Positions 10,601-21,333 of a stretch of 64,000 nucleotides of DNA are shown in pieces. A program made the position numbers and the translations under genes. How positions within the stretch are numbered: position 1 is the stretch's first letter; each line of letters begins with the position of its first letter. Below the pieces are notes generated by a model. That model was not told the DNA's origin and ran no database searches. It saw only the letters and a list, made by a program, of their open reading frames with translations. Source of the DNA: a virus (Duplodnaviria; Caudoviricetes); IMG/VR virus record IMGVR_UViG_3300031760_000045, positions 5,151-69,150 of that record, one strand, 5' to 3'.

Positions 10601-12729
10601 TGGCTGCTGATAAATTAGTCGATAGCGCACAGTTGGATGGTGCTTTAACAGCCACAGCAGATTCAATCAGAGCTATTACTGGAAAAACAGCCGATATCAC
10701 CTGGGACATGGATGAAGGATTCAAGGATGAGCTTGAAACAATTCCTGTAAGGACAGGCGCAAATCTGTCTGCCGATGGCCCAACCGTTACTGCTTTGGCG
10801 GGGTACTATCGTACAAATGTTTCAAAGACAGTTGCTAGTGGAAGTGTTACTGAGAACACACCTACCATTGCTAATTCAACAGGCGTTGTTACTGGTTCAT
10901 CTACTGTGTCAACAGGATACGTTACAGCAGCAACTCCAAGTAAAACACTCCAGCTGACCACAAAAGCAGCTGCTACATATAACACAAGAGCTTCGGATCA
11001 AACAATCGATGGATACAGATGGCTAACCGGGGCGCAGACAATTAAAGGCGTTACAACTTCTGGTATTGCGGCTGGCAATATTAAAACAGGTGTTTCGATT
11101 CAGGTTGGCGATGAAAACGATTCTGATCGTATAGCAGGCGTCACCGGGACGTTTACAGCTTCAAGCACTGTTTCGAGTGGCCAAACTGCAGCAGCTGCAG
11201 GACAACTACTTTCCGGCTATTCTGCTTGGGTAAACGGAGCAGAAATAAAAGGAACAATAGCAAGCAAATCAGCATCTGATATGTCTGTAAGCGGTGCTAC
11301 TGTTACTGCTCCGGCTGGATACTATGCTTCCAACCAAAGCAAAAGTGTTGCAAGCGGATCTGCCACTACGCCAGCAACGACAATAACTGTGTCGCCAGGT
11401 ATATCAATTGGAACGGATGGTAAAATAACGGCTTCAAATAGCGGAAGTAAAAGTGTTACTCCTACTGTAAGTGCAGGATATGTCTCTGCTGGGACAGCAG
11501 GAACAATTACAGTAAACGGTTCTAACACAAAGCAGATGACAACAAAAGGGGCAACTACCTATAATGCAAGCGGCTCAGATCAATCAATTGCATCCGGTAC
11601 TTATCTGACTGGTGCGCAGACAATTCGAAAAATAGTTACAGGCAACATCTCTGCAGGAAATATAAAGACCGGAGTCGCAATTACAGTTGGCGATAGTGGA
11701 TCAGGAACAAGAATTGCAAATGTTACAGGTACTTTCACAGCAGCTAATACGGTATCTTCCGGGCAGACAGCTGCTGCTGCAGCTCAAATACGTTCTGGAT
11801 ATTCCGCATGGGTAGCAGGTGCTGAAGTTAAAGGGTCTATTGGTAATGGAACTATAACTAACAATACGTCTGGTGGGACATCATCCGGAACAATCAACAG
11901 GGGCAAGCAAATTAAAATAGGTGCTGGTTTCTATTCTTCTGATCTATATTATACGGCACAAAGTAATAGCGGAACAAAAACAATTTCTGCATCAGGTACT
12001 ACTTCTGTTAATGGATATGCGAATGCCAGCGTTGCCGCCGGTTCTGCTACTACTCCAGCTACGACTATAACAGTAGCGCCTTCTATCTCTATCGATTCAG
12101 CTGGTAAGATTACTGCATCGAATAGCGGATCGAAGAGTGTAACGCCGACCGTTAGCGCAGGATGGGTTTCAAGCGGGACCGCAGGTACGATTACTGTAAA
12201 TGGATCGAACACAAAGCAGATGACCACCAAGGGTGCAACGACATATAATGCGAGCACGTCTGATCAGACCATTGCCTCTGGGACATATCTCACCGGAACG
12301 CAGACGATCCGAAAAATCACAACGGCCAATATTTCCGCCGGGAATATTAAAAGCGGAGTAACTATTAAGGTCGGCGACAGCGGATCTGCAACACGCATAG
12401 CGAATGTAACAGGAACATACGCACCGACATTGCATGCTGATGGTACTAAACTTACAACATCAGTTAAGAGCAAATCTGTTACAGTATCAGGCTTAGCAAC
12501 CAATACGCTATATGCCATCAATATAATAAAGAGCGCTAACCGTGGCATTGGCCTGCAAGTCCTCATCATGGGGGATGGTACGATCATTGCAAAAACGGAA
12601 TTTAGCTATGGTGTCACCGCTCAATCATCTGATAACGTTACTGTATCAAAAAGCGGAACGACGTTAACCCTTACATTCCCAACTATGATGGCTGCCACAA
12701 ACTGTTACACAATTGGGTCAATATCATAA
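10600..12729 (+). CDS. Tail fibre-like protein with long internal repeats
   Basis: Very T/S/G/A-rich, with a ~130-aa block repeated. Start overlaps the upstream stop. Confidence 0.6.
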   Translation: MAADKLVDSAQLDGALTATADSIRAITGKTADITWDMDEGFKDELETIPVRTGANLSADGPTVTALAGYYRTNVSKTVASGSVTENTPTIANSTGVVTGSSTVSTGYVTAATPSKTLQLTTKAAATYNTRASDQTIDGYRWLTGAQTIKGVTTSGIAAGNIKTGVSIQVGDENDSDRIAGVTGTFTASSTVSSGQTAAAAGQLLSGYSAWVNGAEIKGTIASKSASDMSVSGATVTAPAGYYASNQSKSVASGSATTPATTITVSPGISIGTDGKITASNSGSKSVTPTVSAGYVSAGTAGTITVNGSNTKQMTTKGATTYNASGSDQSIASGTYLTGAQTIRKIVTGNISAGNIKTGVAITVGDSGSGTRIANVTGTFTAANTVSSGQTAAAAAQIRSGYSAWVAGAEVKGSIGNGTITNNTSGGTSSGTINRGKQIKIGAGFYSSDLYYTAQSNSGTKTISASGTTSVNGYANASVAAGSATTPATTITVAPSISIDSAGKITASNSGSKSVTPTVSAGWVSSGTAGTITVNGSNTKQMTTKGATTYNASTSDQTIASGTYLTGTQTIRKITTANISAGNIKSGVTIKVGDSGSATRIANVTGTYAPTLHADGTKLTTSVKSKSVTVSGLATNTLYAINIIKSANRGIGLQVLIMGDGTIIAKTEFSYGVTAQSSDNVTVSKSGTTLTLTFPTMMAATNCYTIGSIS

Positions 12730-12949
12730 TAAATAATCAAAACATTAATCAAAATCAACAACACATACTTATTTAACTATGTTGATATTTTTATATATTA
12801 ACATTTTTATTTCTCAATCAAAGCAGTCAAAAAAGCTTTATTAATAGTAAATCTATTAATGCTACAACAAGCTTGATTAAGTGTTTTGAAATGCCAGGGC
12901 ATTTCACATGCGCCCTGAAGAAAGACGCTGGTAAAGGAGATGAACCAAA

Positions 12950-13291
12950 ATGATGATTAGAATGCCGCGAGGCGATATTAGACTGGTTCGATTTATTGTC
13001 AATAACCCGGATGGGACAAAAGCAGATATTGATTTTACAGAAGTTTATTTTACCGTAAAAAAGACCTCCAAAGATCATTCATATCAGTTTCAAGAACGTT
13101 TGAGCACTGGCGGCATTACGAAAATAACTCTTGGTGAATATCAAGTAAAAATTGAACCTGAAGACACGGCAAACATGAAATATGGATCATATAAGTTTGA
13201 TGTTCAATTTGTTTATGAAAATCAGCTTAAAGAAACTTTTGTTGGAGATTTTATCTTGACAGAAGAGATTACTTTTAACGAAAACGAATAA
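12950..13291 (+). CDS. BppU-like baseplate upper/adaptor domain protein
   Basis: RGD..L.F...D.TEVYFTVKK...Y.V.IEPEDTA..KYG.Y.FDVQ pattern recalls BppU N-terminal domains; AAAGGAG RBS. Confidence 0.5.
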   Translation: MMIRMPRGDIRLVRFIVNNPDGTKADIDFTEVYFTVKKTSKDHSYQFQERLSTGGITKITLGEYQVKIEPEDTANMKYGSYKFDVQFVYENQLKETFVGDFILTEEITFNENE

Positions 13292-13308
13292 AAAAAGGGG
13301 GTGAGTGC

Positions 13309-13545
13309 ATGAATATATCTGACACTCAATCTGTTCGAAAAGGAAATTATCATACGCTCACCCTCGCTACTCCTGTAGCGATGGGTGATGGGGCGGGAAC
13401 TTCAGATTACGAGAAACTAGATAACAAACCTGTCATCAATGGCGTTGAAGTTGTAGGAACTTTGACATTAGAAGATTTAGGCATCGAAACTGATGCAACA
13501 CTTCAACCTCTTACTGAAGAGGAATTAGATGAGATATTGCAATAA
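13309..13545 (+). CDS. Small structural protein ending in a LTEEELDEIL motif
   Basis: DYEKLDNKPVINGVEVVG motif common in phage fibre-associated proteins. Confidence 0.5.
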   Translation: MNISDTQSVRKGNYHTLTLATPVAMGDGAGTSDYEKLDNKPVINGVEVVGTLTLEDLGIETDATLQPLTEEELDEILQ

Positions 13546-13602
13546 AATATGCGTTAATAAATATAAATTGCTGTTATTTTTCAAAGAAAGGAAGCGGAAA
13601 AA

Positions 13603-13926
13603 GTGTTTATTCCTGGCGAAACTATCGTTCATCAATTTCACATTCCATTCAGCAGTGAAGAAGTCGATAAAATTATTGTGACATATTATCAGAACGATAG
13701 AGTTATCTTAAATAAAACAGCTTATCCTATCGACATATCTCAAGAGGCAACAGGAACAAACAGTCAGTTTTCTGTAGAACTTTCGCAAGAAGAATCCTTG
13801 TTGTTCGACGATGGGTACAGCTATACAGTGCAACTAAATGTGCTGTTTACATCCGGTTCACGATGCTCCAGCGTAGCGCTGAAAGGTGAAAACGGTATAC
13901 AACATTATAGAGAGGTTGTGCGTTGA
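13603..13926 (+). CDS. Hypothetical baseplate/adaptor-like protein
   Basis: GTG start with AAAGGAAG RBS; beta-rich; within the structural operon. Confidence 0.45.
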   Translation: MFIPGETIVHQFHIPFSSEEVDKIIVTYYQNDRVILNKTAYPIDISQEATGTNSQFSVELSQEESLLFDDGYSYTVQLNVLFTSGSRCSSVALKGENGIQHYREVVR

Positions 13927-14546
13927 CAATGAACGGAAATGGAGTTTTTGAATTTTATCCTACGTTCAAAGAATTCTTATCTGTGTACCGTGACGTAAAA
14001 CGCGTGTGGATCGGTGACGGAAGCGACGGCGATAATAACGAAAGCGGTATGCTTTACGCCGAATATGCCAACAGTAGAATTGTTGAACTGGGATATGTTA
14101 CTTTATATCCAATTGCCGTTGAGAACGGCTACCAAGGTACAGAATCTGAATGGATTCAAGCAATCGTAAACATGGCCGCAACCGACAAAGGTGCGACCGC
14201 AAGCGTTACTTATCAGAATTCTACAAGTGGAACAAATCCTCCAAGCGGTGGAACTTGGAGCAATCTTCCCAACCCACAGCAAGGTCAGTATCTATGGACA
14301 AAAATTGTTTTACGGTGGGTCGATGATACGACAAGTACTATTTACAACGTTTCTTATATAGGCCTGGACAGCTCTGTTGAAATTCGTTCTGTCAACGGCA
14401 AGACAGGCGTCGTTGTCGTACGTGGTGACGATATTGAAATTGCTGCCAACAACAGCAAGACAATCAAGCAGTATATCGATGAGCTTACGTTTGAGCCCGT
14501 TGTTGCAACTGACGCTCAAATCGATGCTATGTTTGAAAATTCTTAA
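13923..14546 (+). CDS. Fibre-associated protein
   Basis: YQNSTSGT.PP.G.WS..P...QGQYLWTK motif typical of phage tail fibre/host-specificity segments; C-terminal ATDAQIDAMF. Confidence 0.55.
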   Translation: MTMNGNGVFEFYPTFKEFLSVYRDVKRVWIGDGSDGDNNESGMLYAEYANSRIVELGYVTLYPIAVENGYQGTESEWIQAIVNMAATDKGATASVTYQNSTSGTNPPSGGTWSNLPNPQQGQYLWTKIVLRWVDDTTSTIYNVSYIGLDSSVEIRSVNGKTGVVVVRGDDIEIAANNSKTIKQYIDELTFEPVVATDAQIDAMFENS

Positions 14547-14565
14547 GGAAAGGAGATGAAGATTC

Positions 14566-17500
14566 ATGCCAACACTTATTACTTTGGAAAACCTTGAACG
14601 ATTCAAAGGAAAACTCAAAGCAGATATTGAATCCAAGTACGGTGAAGCAAACGGTATTGCTCAGCTTGATGCGTCCGGCAAACTCGTAAGCACTCAAGTT
14701 CCTTCTGATGTGTATGAAGTGCACGAATATAATAATCAGGAAGCATTCCCTGTAACCGGTGAGTCCAATAAGATTTATATTGACAAGTCCACAAACAACA
14801 TGTTCCGTTGGGAAGAAGATGAATATGTCAGCATTTCGTCTCCTGAGAGTATTAAATATATCCAACAGACATTAAGCGAAGCACAGAAGCTTCAGGCCAG
14901 ACAGAATATTGGAGCGATTTCTGCGAGTGAAATCCCATCTTTGGATGGTTATGTCCGCTATGATGAAGCTCAAGAGCTTGAAGGAACTGAAAAGGTTCAG
15001 GCCAGAGCCAACATTGGAGCTGCCTCATCGTCTGATGTGAGCGGACTTTCTGAGACCGTTTCGACACTCAACGACCGACTGAACAACTTTGGCAACTTTG
15101 TGCGTGAAGTCACGCCATCTGAAGGCGGAATCAATGTACGTTACGACAACAACTCAACAACTACAATTGGCACAGGTTTGGATTTCAACGGCGGAACGGT
15201 GGACAAGAATAACTATCTGATTCTTTCCAAGAACGGAACGCCGCTGTCCAATGATATTTATACTCCTATTCAGCTCCCAGCAGGTGGAGGCGGCGGTGGT
15301 GCCGTTGCAACAATCGCATTGTCTAACGTTGTGAGGCCAAGCACCGTTCGTAACGGAAAGCCTGCTGTATTCAGTTTCACAGCTACGGCTTCTGACGACA
15401 CGGATATCTCTGTAACGTGGCTTGTTAACAACAAAGTAGTCGGAACAAACAGTGATATCAGTGGCTCGTCTTTCTCCAGAAATGTTCAGGACGAACTTAC
15501 ACCTTCTGTCAGAAACACGGTTGAAGCAAGAATTACCAGCGTCGGTGGCGCATCGTTAACCAGAAAGTGGAATATTGAATGCGTTGCTTTTAGCATTGAG
15601 TGGGGTAGTTCGATTGACCCGATCATGCTGAATAACTCCAATACCAATATTTATGTTCCGATTAACGTATCAGCTGAAGGAAACTCAACAAATAACGTGA
15701 CAATTACTGTAAATGAGACTACGATTACCCGTCAGGTTAACGGTAGTATGACTCTTACTGTCCTGTTAAATAAAGAAGTGTTTAACCCCGGCGTAAATGT
15801 CATTACTGCAAGCATGGCTTCCGCCGAAGATCCTGACGACAGAGCCGATGATATTCATTATACTCTTATTTGGGGTACAGGTGTGAGCTCTCCTGTTGTC
15901 GCATTTGAATCACCTTCAATTGATTGCAATCAGTACGACCTTGTGGATATCTATTACTTTGTATTTGATCCCAATAACGAAACAGCCAGCTGCACGATTC
16001 AGGTTGGATCTGGTAATCCTGTTTCTATCTCTGCGAGACGGGAACTCAGAAGATATCAATACTCCCCTTCTGAGTCTGGCACGATCAACGTGGTCTTGCG
16101 GTGCGGTACTGCTACCACAACGACAGTATTAAATGTTGCGGCTGTGAGTTATAACCTGAGCTACTATTCTGATGACAGTTTGCTCTATGTGTTAGATCCT
16201 TTTGGGCACGATAATTCTGACGCAGACAGAGAAGAGTTTGGCAATCTTATTTTTAACAACTACGACACAGCTATTCAGGAGTCTGATAAGATCCCGTTCG
16301 ACTGGGTCAATGGTGGATTCAAGACAGACGAAAACGGAGCGGTTGCTTTCGTTGTAAAGAAAGGCAATACAGCCAGACTGCCTCGTGGTCTATTCGAAGA
16401 CAGAGACACGAATGGTAAGACGATTGATATTTCGTTCCGTGTTACGAACAGCGATCAATATGACGCTGTTGCCATGTATGAGCTGAATGATCAACAGTCC
16501 AAAGGTATCATTCTGAAATCCAATAACGGTGAATTAAGACTGAATAACGTTGTCGGTAATGAGTTCAGATACAGTGAAGATACTCGTATTGACATGTCAG
16601 TTCTTGTCGAAGTTGCAAGCGAAGGAACTCAACGTCTCGCTACCGTGTGGTTAGATGGTATTCCTTCAGGAGCGATCAAGTATTCCAACAATATGCTTGT
16701 TCAGGATGAAGGACAGCTGGTTATTGGTTCTGAACACTGTGACGTATGGGTATACGGAATCAGAATTTATGCTTCTGCTTTATCTAAGGCAAACATGATT
16801 CAGAACTATGTATCATGTGGTAATACTACTTTAGAAAAGGTAGATCGTTATACTAAAAATACAATCTTAGATAAAAATGAAAGGATCACTCCTGCCATAC
16901 TTCATACTGCTTCTCCGGATCTCACAATCATCGAGATTTCTGCGCCCAGAATGACGCTGAACAAGTCTGACTCGGTTGCTGTCGATGTCAGGATCACGGA
17001 CGGATCAAATGTTCTCGAATTGTCCGGTGATGCCGGGACTGTATTTAAAGTACAGGGTACATCTTCTGCCGCTTACGGTCGATCCTCTCTGAATATGGAT
17101 ATTGACTTCAAAAAGACTGGCAAGAAGTACAAGATTTCTGAGAATGCAATTCCCGTTAATTATCTGAATATCAAGGTTAATGTTGCTTCTTCTGAAAACG
17201 CTAACAACATTAATGCAGTCGATTGGTACAATACTTATCAACCGTATATTACCGAACCCAGAACTAGGCCAGGTGTTCGCGATTCTGTCGAAGGCAAGCC
17301 TTGCGCTGTTTTCATTACGAACACAAGCAATGAAACAAAGTGGTTCAGCTCGCTTGAGATCAAACCTGAAGAAACTGTTCTTTATGCCATGGGCGATCTT
17401 TGCAACAGTAAGAAGAACAAAGCAGTATTTGGTCAAGATGGATCTGGCGATCATCCTACTAAGGCTTGTATCGAAGTCTCCGGTAATGACACTGAACCTC

Positions 17501-20500
17501 AGAGGTTTAGAAGCACTGAAGCGGTGTTCAACCCTGACGCGGATGATGGAGACGGACGCTGGGAAACCTCTGCTATTGTGGACGGAAAAACGGTAACTAC
17601 GAAGCATTTTGAGTGGAGAATGGTTCCGGCTTCTGAAGACAAAGATGAAGTTGTTGCGTCATGGGATGCTCTTGTGGCATGGGTGGTTTCCACAATTAAC
17701 GACAGCGCAAAGTTCAAGCGCGAAATGCACAACTATTTTGCTGTCAATTCCATGCTCTATCACTTCCTGTTCTTGGAATACTTTGCCTGTTACGACAATG
17801 TCAGCAAGAATACTTTCTATTCTTATGACTGGGATGAAAATGAACAAAAATATCTTTGGAACATTAAGTGCGCCTACGATATGGATACCATTCTGGCTGC
17901 TGATAACGATGGTAAACCGCTGGGCGATTACGGCCTCGACTATGGTGATACTATAGACGGCACACCCACCGGCAGACAGTACTTCAATGCTGCAACCAAC
18001 CCGATCTGGGTTAACATTCAGAAGGAATTCCAGACTGAATTGTCTAATCTGTATGTCTCATTAAGGAGTGCAGGTGCTTGGGCCTCTCAGAACATTGCCG
18101 ACAAATGGAACACTTATCAAGATCTTCGTCCTCATGCGGCTATGATCATTGACGCATACAACAAATATATCGCTCCTTATAAGACGACTGGCGTTATTCT
18201 TGGAGAAGATACGCTGAGCTATGATGACTCTTATCTTCCCCGTCTGCAAGGTTCCAAGATTTATTGGAGAAAGCAATTCCTTACTTATCAAACGGCTTAT
18301 ATGGACGGTAAATACGGCTACTATTCCAAGTCTAACTCTACGCAGTTCAGAACAAACGGCGAAGCCAGCAAACGCAACTACGCGATTAAAGTATACGCAA
18401 AGACGTATATTACGATTGTTGCGGACGACAACAGAGTCGGCACAAAGAAGATTAACGCTGGACAGGAAGTTGTATTCGACAACGTTTCCGTTGGTAATAA
18501 CACTACAATGTATATAACTCCTGACCGTCTGATTCAGTATATTCGCCCGTTGAACAACACACAGAACAGTACGTTCTCCGCATCCGGCGCAGCTAAACTG
18601 ATGGAGGCGATCCTTGGTGGCGAAGAAGTGAACACGGCTTGGCCTTCCGGCACTGGTGTTACTATTCCTTCTACGCTTTTGAAAGATTTCTCCATCAGAA
18701 ACATCCCAAACTTCACAGATGCACTGGACTTATCTCCGAACGTAGAATTGGAAACGTTGGATACGCGGAATACCAATACGGGTCTGATTACACTTCCGTC
18801 TTTCTCTCCGTTGAGAAGTGTGCAACTGAACGCATGTACCGGGCTGTTTGCTCACAACTTGTTGAACGTTGAACAATTCACAATGGAGAGCGGTAACAAT
18901 CTTGTGTCTATTCAGCTTGAGAATTGCAACAATACTGTATCTGAAGCGATTCGTGGATACTTGGTTCAAGCTGTTAATTCCGACCAGATTGCAACCAGAC
19001 GTATTCGTGCAATCAACGTAAACTGGACGTTCAATAATCTGGATGCCATCGCCAAGATTGCTACTACTTGGCGTGGCTATAACAACCTTTGGGAAGAGCA
19101 GAATGCTCCTGTAATTACGGGCGTGATCAATGTTACGACTCTGTCCAAGAAGAAACTTGAACAGGTTAATGCTGTATGGGGCGTTGGCTCTGTTGAGGAT
19201 AACCTTGACGAACAGAACAAACGTTGGCAATATGGTGACTTGACGATTAATTACAATTCTCTTATTCCCTACTTTGAAGTCACTTTCCTGAACGTAGACG
19301 GTTCTGCAATTAAAGACAGAAACGGAAATGATTATATTCAGTATATCGACTTGAACAGTCAGGCTTACAATCCTATTCCTTCCGATATCGATACGCCTAC
19401 CTATATTGATCCTGTTGGACAGTATAGATACACATTCACCGGCTGGAGTAATCTTGGCGGTAATGTCACAGCCAACAAGACTGTAACAGCCACCTACTCC
19501 ACAGAAGATCTTACGTACACGGTTAGATGGTACGATAAAGTCGGTGGCACGATGTATGATGAACGCACAGGAGTCAAATATGGCGAAGAAGCCGTTTACG
19601 ATCCTGAAGGAACAATTGGACTTCCGACTCTGACAGATGAAGAAGTCGCAGGCGTATTTAAGGTATTCAAAGGCTGGGATAAGTCTACAGGATTTGTTAA
19701 AGGCGATATTGATGTGTATGCTCAGTGGGAGCAAGGCTCAATCAGCAATTTGACGGCTAATCTGAAAGATATGAATGTCGCTCAGATTTATGGTATTACA
19801 AAGAATTATCGCGCCGATGAATTCTTTGAAGAAGAAGATTATGTGGATATTCAGGTTGGTAAGGATTTTGAATTCTCCAATGTGGAATCTCAAGTTCTGC
19901 TTCAAGAAAGATATTTCAACGGTAATGAGATTCTTAAGTTCGACGATATCAAATTGTTCGATGAAAATTCTCCTACGTTTACGTTGGCAATTGACTATGA
20001 ATTCTGTAGTAACACATCGAGTGCGACACTGATTAGCTGCTGTGATTCTACCGGGTCGGCAGAAGGATTTAGAGTTCACTATTATCTTGACAACAACGTT
20101 GATGAAAATGAAAGCGTAAAAGTTTTATGGGGCGATAAAAACGTTACCGTATCTCATGGTTTGAACCGTGGAATGCTTATCCTCAGGCACAGAAAAGGGT
20201 CTAAGAACCTGCTTGTTGCTTCAAGCAATCCAGGTCGGTATGTAACACACTCCTCTGATTATGGCGGAGACGATTTGCCTGCCGATACGTATAATCAGAT
20301 TTCAAGATACGATGGATATAACACATCGATTTTCTACTCTGAGATTCCGAGAGCGCAGGAAACAAATACGGATTCTGTACTTTCTTTCGGCGCAATGGCA
20401 TACGGTTCGCAAGGTCAGAGATACCCGGCAAAGGGCTGGATTCACTGGGCAAAAATCTGGTACGAAGATCTCGGAAGCAAAGTTGTAAGAGAACTTGCTG

Positions 20501-21318
20501 AGTGGCCGCATGAAACATGGAGAATGCATTATCGCGGGCATGATCTTTACAACAAAGACGATGGAACTGGTTTGATGGATGGAGCATCGTTCATTGCAAA
20601 TGCTCCGCTGCCTCTGTTCTACGAAATGTATCCGTCCAGTTCTGGTGGATACACCACCGAAGGCGGTTGGAAGAATTCTCTTGTTCGCAACTTCATAAAA
20701 ACAAGATGCTTTAATGCGCTTCCTTATACTTGGCAGTCTGTTATCAAACCTGTCAGTACAGTTACTAAAGGTGGTTCTGATAATCCTAATAACCTTGAAT
20801 ACACGACGGATAAGTTGTATATTCCTTCTTATGCGGATATGATGAATGTTCCGTCCGGATTAATCAGTTCGGAAAGTAGACAAGTTAGCTGGTTTACTGA
20901 CAACAATTCTCGTGCTAAGTTCATGGGAATCGTTATTCCAGAAGGTGCTCAAATCTATACAGAAACAAGTGATCCTACTCTTTATACTGATACTCACACT
21001 GTACATGAGGGCGATATCTGGGCTCCGTCTAACCGTGCTGATAGAAAGTATGTGTATGTTTCCGCCGAAACAGCTGCAAGACATGGTTACTATGGTGGCC
21101 GTTACATGGATGATTCTAATAACAATGTTCAGGCAACAGGTTCTCAAGGCGGAATGTGGATACGTTCAATCACTTACTGGACAAGAACGAGCTACACGAC
21201 TAACAATAATGCTTATTCTCAATACTACGTGCAGCCGCAAGGTAGCGTAAGTTATGTCAATATGCAGTGGGATATTGCATATCAGAGAAAAGGCATTGTC
21301 TTAATGTTCTCACTGTAA
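14566..21318 (+). CDS. Giant (2250 aa) multidomain structural/receptor-binding protein: LamG-like, CotH-kinase-like, repeat domains and C-terminal DUF6273/lectin-like domain
   Basis: YDNVSKNTFY..W.I..AYDMDT (CotH-like); YTFTGWS/VFKGWDKS (InlB B-repeat-like); TTDKLYIPSY and YWTRT..G..LMFSL ending (DUF6273-like). All assigned by motif recognition only. Confidence 0.55.
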   Translation: MPTLITLENLERFKGKLKADIESKYGEANGIAQLDASGKLVSTQVPSDVYEVHEYNNQEAFPVTGESNKIYIDKSTNNMFRWEEDEYVSISSPESIKYIQQTLSEAQKLQARQNIGAISASEIPSLDGYVRYDEAQELEGTEKVQARANIGAASSSDVSGLSETVSTLNDRLNNFGNFVREVTPSEGGINVRYDNNSTTTIGTGLDFNGGTVDKNNYLILSKNGTPLSNDIYTPIQLPAGGGGGGAVATIALSNVVRPSTVRNGKPAVFSFTATASDDTDISVTWLVNNKVVGTNSDISGSSFSRNVQDELTPSVRNTVEARITSVGGASLTRKWNIECVAFSIEWGSSIDPIMLNNSNTNIYVPINVSAEGNSTNNVTITVNETTITRQVNGSMTLTVLLNKEVFNPGVNVITASMASAEDPDDRADDIHYTLIWGTGVSSPVVAFESPSIDCNQYDLVDIYYFVFDPNNETASCTIQVGSGNPVSISARRELRRYQYSPSESGTINVVLRCGTATTTTVLNVAAVSYNLSYYSDDSLLYVLDPFGHDNSDADREEFGNLIFNNYDTAIQESDKIPFDWVNGGFKTDENGAVAFVVKKGNTARLPRGLFEDRDTNGKTIDISFRVTNSDQYDAVAMYELNDQQSKGIILKSNNGELRLNNVVGNEFRYSEDTRIDMSVLVEVASEGTQRLATVWLDGIPSGAIKYSNNMLVQDEGQLVIGSEHCDVWVYGIRIYASALSKANMIQNYVSCGNTTLEKVDRYTKNTILDKNERITPAILHTASPDLTIIEISAPRMTLNKSDSVAVDVRITDGSNVLELSGDAGTVFKVQGTSSAAYGRSSLNMDIDFKKTGKKYKISENAIPVNYLNIKVNVASSENANNINAVDWYNTYQPYITEPRTRPGVRDSVEGKPCAVFITNTSNETKWFSSLEIKPEETVLYAMGDLCNSKKNKAVFGQDGSGDHPTKACIEVSGNDTEPQRFRSTEAVFNPDADDGDGRWETSAIVDGKTVTTKHFEWRMVPASEDKDEVVASWDALVAWVVSTINDSAKFKREMHNYFAVNSMLYHFLFLEYFACYDNVSKNTFYSYDWDENEQKYLWNIKCAYDMDTILAADNDGKPLGDYGLDYGDTIDGTPTGRQYFNAATNPIWVNIQKEFQTELSNLYVSLRSAGAWASQNIADKWNTYQDLRPHAAMIIDAYNKYIAPYKTTGVILGEDTLSYDDSYLPRLQGSKIYWRKQFLTYQTAYMDGKYGYYSKSNSTQFRTNGEASKRNYAIKVYAKTYITIVADDNRVGTKKINAGQEVVFDNVSVGNNTTMYITPDRLIQYIRPLNNTQNSTFSASGAAKLMEAILGGEEVNTAWPSGTGVTIPSTLLKDFSIRNIPNFTDALDLSPNVELETLDTRNTNTGLITLPSFSPLRSVQLNACTGLFAHNLLNVEQFTMESGNNLVSIQLENCNNTVSEAIRGYLVQAVNSDQIATRRIRAINVNWTFNNLDAIAKIATTWRGYNNLWEEQNAPVITGVINVTTLSKKKLEQVNAVWGVGSVEDNLDEQNKRWQYGDLTINYNSLIPYFEVTFLNVDGSAIKDRNGNDYIQYIDLNSQAYNPIPSDIDTPTYIDPVGQYRYTFTGWSNLGGNVTANKTVTATYSTEDLTYTVRWYDKVGGTMYDERTGVKYGEEAVYDPEGTIGLPTLTDEEVAGVFKVFKGWDKSTGFVKGDIDVYAQWEQGSISNLTANLKDMNVAQIYGITKNYRADEFFEEEDYVDIQVGKDFEFSNVESQVLLQERYFNGNEILKFDDIKLFDENSPTFTLAIDYEFCSNTSSATLISCCDSTGSAEGFRVHYYLDNNVDENESVKVLWGDKNVTVSHGLNRGMLILRHRKGSKNLLVASSNPGRYVTHSSDYGGDDLPADTYNQISRYDGYNTSIFYSEIPRAQETNTDSVLSFGAMAYGSQGQRYPAKGWIHWAKIWYEDLGSKVVRELAEWPHETWRMHYRGHDLYNKDDGTGLMDGASFIANAPLPLFYEMYPSSSGGYTTEGGWKNSLVRNFIKTRCFNALPYTWQSVIKPVSTVTKGGSDNPNNLEYTTDKLYIPSYADMMNVPSGLISSESRQVSWFTDNNSRAKFMGIVIPEGAQIYTETSDPTLYTDTHTVHEGDIWAPSNRADRKYVYVSAETAARHGYYGGRYMDDSNNNVQATGSQGGMWIRSITYWTRTSYTTNNNAYSQYYVQPQGSVSYVNMQWDIAYQRKGIVLMFSL

Positions 21319-21333
21319 GGAGCGTGAACTAAG

